A stretch of DNA of 64,000 bases, from positions 1,273,755 through 1,337,754 of the forward strand of contig NMRA01000001.1 of the NCBI GenBank assembly GCA_002633005.1, in the 5' to 3' direction. A model generated the notes under the pieces. It was not told the DNA's origin, made no database searches, and was given only the letters and a program-made list of their open reading frames with translations. This DNA comes from Phoronis australis. Lineage: Eukaryota > Animalia > Phoronida. The stretch's first letter is position 1. Each line of letters starts with the position of its first letter. Below are positions 60,821 through 64,000 of the stretch, piece after piece. The translations under genes and the position numbers were made by a program.

Positions 60821-62786
60821 TCACGGAAGTCTTTTGCTTTTTCTTCTTTCTGGTTGGGTCCTCACTTTTCCTGCACCTCTTGACGTTTTCATATTTTTTG
60901 AGTGTTTGAAGGAGACCAACCTGGCAATGGACACTTCGCATCTTTCACAGCTTTTTAAGGCACCTGCCGAACCTTTTGGAAGGAGTGCCTGTCCCTGGCA
61001 GTTCCTGAATGCAAAACAAACATTCATTACGTGCAGACCATATGTGTTACACACTCAAACAACGATGATCACAAATTAGCAAAACAAGGGCCTGTTTCGT
61101 GAAAAGTGACTTACTACAAGGCACCTAAACTACACGGTTAACGCACTCATAACACGGTCAGCTGACATCTACATTTTGTCCGTGAACCATGTTTGGCGGT
61201 CTGTTAACCGTCTTTCTTCGTGAATGTGAGTCCATGTCCCGTGTATTGGGGTGAATGGATCGTGTTTTGCGAGTCCGTTCCCCTGCTAGTGAGTCACTGA
61301 ACGGTGTTTGCAGGTAAGTGAGTCGTGTTCATGCATCCGTGACCGTGTTTATGAGTCCCTTAACCGTGTTGTTTAGGTACCTTGTAGTAAATAAATACAG
61401 ACTTAAGTAAGAAATTCAGTCTTAGGCTCCCTCTTCGCAATTACCCACTAAGGGTACAGCCTAAAAATAATTCATGCAATTAACTAGCAGCTGTGAGTAT
61501 ATTCTTAGAGATTTTGAGCTTTTGCTAATCGAAAGTGAGATACAATTATTTTTCAGACATAGTTGTGTAGTTCAAATGTCTGTCTTAATTCACTTTTATG
61601 AAACAGGCCCCTGGCCAAATACATTCGTGATAAAACCTACCCATGCTTGAATAATATTCAACCAAACTCCAGATTGAAGACCCGTACAGTGGTGATAAGG
61701 TCAAGTCAAGCTTGTTAACTTCAAACAAGAAAAAACATTTGCGCAGTGGGATTTAGTTAAATATGTTTGGAAGCATTCCGTCCAAAGTGTAATTGCAGAA
61801 ACTCAAAATATACAGGCACAATAGTATCTCGACCAATTTGCACTCGGGTGTCTCCTTGAAGCTCTCCTCAAAACACCAGTTTAAATTCATGACAAATCTT
61901 TTGTGGATACAACCGCCAACACCCCACAATCCACACTGATATGGCTACAATGTTCACACACACATGTACAAGTGGCTGCATAACATGTAAACCTGCTCTT
62001 TGCTAATAAAACAGAAGCAGTGTAATGAGTATATCCCAAGTGTAAAAATCTGGGCGGCCTGCCACGCCCCTTTTTGGTTCTACCACTCGTAATGTTGCCT
62101 AAACTAACCGCCGCACACATTATCCAGACAGAAAAACCTCACGGCTACGCAAAAATTCCTTGTAAAAATGAATGCTCAATACACAAATTATTATTCTGTA
62201 ACTTACTGCAAGTGGCCTGTGATCTCCCATGACCAAAGTTCAGCATTGCACCCTTTGTTGGGACACTGACTAACTCCCAGGTACTTCTGGATGGCAATGT
62301 TGTCTTCTGGGATGATGGGCCTTCAAATTGAAGAGATAGATTATGAAAGTTCCTAAAACCCATAAGAGAACTAAATGCATTGCGTACCTGTGCTAAGCGC
62401 TGGTAGAATGCAGCTGGCCCTGATTTAGAGAACCAGGCAACTACTGAATTACGGGACCATAATATCCGACCAGTGCCCATGTTCACTTATGCATACGACA
62501 CATAACATTGAGCAAACTTGTTTCTAAGTTGAAAATTTCAAGGCCAACATACTTTTGCTCCACTTTCACCATTTGGCGATGTTCACCATTGTAGGGGACG
62601 TTTCCAAAATTCCGTAAGACTTACCTGATCAAAGGAAAAGCATCCTTCAGTTGACAGTAAGGGCAGCAATCAAAACTTTTCTTGCGTAGTCCATCCTTTG
62701 TATACAAACAATCTTCACATAAACGATGCTGACAAGCTCCATAAACCATACGCAGCCTTGGGTTGTAACACACAATGCAACCAAAT
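60821..62786 (-). CDS. RING-HC plus TRAF-type zinc-finger protein (putative E3 ligase); first exon not identified
   Basis: Exons 62786-62625 (CIVC...CQHRLCEDC...CPYC), 62320-62207 (RPIIPEDNIAIQKYLGVSQCPNKGCNAELWSWEITGHL) and 61004-60821 (QNC...RRKSKRLP*). All joins are phase 2 with GT-AG. Minus-strand AATAAA at 60701-60706. Confidence 0.82.
61088..61610. mobile_element. MITE (GGGCCTGTTTC TIR) containing a nested second MITE at 61114-61387
   Basis: Outer TIR GGGCCTGTTTCGTGAAAAGTGA / TCACTTTTATGAAACAGGCCC. Inner TIR CTACAAGGCACCTAAACTACACGGTTAA / TTAACCGTGTTGTTTAGGTACCTTGTAG, flanked by TA. Confidence 0.75.
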
Positions 62787-62966
62787 CTACAGGAAATCAG
62801 AGAAAAGATAAAGTAAAACCTGCTACATAAGCCAATGCACATGGCCTTGTATTCGAGTATGGTCTTACTATTCCTTGTATTTGAGCATGGCCTTATACAT
62901 TCCGGGTTGTTTATATTCTGGCGTTAAGCTGAAAAGAAGCACAATCATTGTTAACTAGAGACCACT

Positions 62967-63772
62967 AGGAGCTTCATAAGACACAAGATTTTCAGCAAAT
63001 TATGCCTCACAATGATTAGAACATCAAAGTCATGTTCTTGTTAGTACCTTTAGCGCATAGAGGGTCACCTTAGGCGGCCGTCCTTGTCTTTAAATCCTTC
63101 CAACTCGAAGTCGAACAAATACTCCCGCTCTTTCTTTGAGCAGTCCTTCGTTCAGTTGCCCAAATCGGCAACTGGCCATTTTTAACACTGCGCGCGCTCC
63201 AGGCGGGTGTGGTAAAATAGGAAAACGTGCAGAGTAAAAATAGCCAGTTGCCTATTTGGGCAACTGAACGAAGGACTGCTCAAAGAAAGAGCAGGAGTAT
63301 TTGTTAGACTTCGCTTTGGAAGGAATTACAGACATCGACGGCCTCCTAAGGTGACCCTCTATGCGCAAAGTACTAATAAGAACGTGACTTTGATCTTTTA
63401 ATCAGTGTGAGGCATAATTTGTTAAAAAACTCCCAGCGTATGAAGCTCCTGTAGTAGAGACAGCTACACTAGAGATGGTGGTCACTGTCCAAACTGTAGA
63501 CAGTGACTCACCATTTTTAACACTGCACGCGACAAGTGGTATGACGTCATATCCCCCATATGGCAAGTTACCAATTTTGGAACTAACGAGGGACTGCTCG
63601 AAGAAAAAGTTTGATAACGGGAGTGTTTGTTCGAGTTGGAAGGAATTATATACAATGACGGCTTCCTAAGGTGTCCCTCTATGTGCAAAAGGTATTTATA
63701 ACAATGTGACTTTGAAGTTTTAGTCAGAGCAAGGCATAATTCACCGAAAAGCTTCCGGCGTATGAAGCGCCT
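62967..63772. mobile_element. Foldback element with ~210-bp inverted arms plus a third tandem arm
   Basis: 62967-63176 is the imperfect reverse complement of 63243-63450. 63511-63772 repeats the spacer start and the right arm. Confidence 0.75.
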
Positions 63773-64000
63773 ACAGGAACTCCACTATCTATACTGGCGG
63801 TGCCAGTAGTAGGGAGGACAATCAAAAAGTAGGTCACAGAGATCCATATCTGCCTCCATGTAAAACCCACATCGGTAAATTACCCGATTTCAGACTTCAA
63901 AGTTAACTAGAAGACAATTTTTGTCATAAATCGTTACCTTGATCTTTATTTGTAAGTTTGTCATCTTTTTGTCACGAATTATCGCTGATAAATAATTTTT

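Noticed and set aside
63938-63964. ATG-containing candidate first exon (MTNLQIKIK|GTAAC) for the RING gene
   Set aside because: It ends in phase 0 but the RING exon needs phase 2, so it could only be used with an unidentified intervening exon.

Overview
Gene-dense window from a heterozygous draft genome of an invertebrate animal, with spliceosomal introns, N-gaps and apparent haplotype duplications beside the gaps. By reading splice sites and frames by hand I reconstructed seven genes: SF3B2/SAP145 (+, 5' end outside the window), RRP36 (-), an unidentified small coiled-coil gene (+, head-to-head with RRP36), the SCYL1 pseudokinase (-), BPNT1 (+, head-to-head with SCYL1), an intronless ADAM10/17-like metalloprotease (+, preceded by a truncated near-identical copy), and a short RING + TRAF-type zinc-finger gene (-, 5' end unresolved). 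The introns carry several MITE and foldback families. Best leads: (1) the ADAM has a CUE-like cytoplasmic tail and no cysteine switch; (2) two inverted MITE copies bracket three phase-0 SF3B2 exons, a circRNA configuration with a stop-free circular frame; (3) a 33-bp higher-order minisatellite built from a SCYL1 splice donor; (4) a near-perfect 95-nt intronic hairpin. Gene identities come from motif recognition only; no database search was run.
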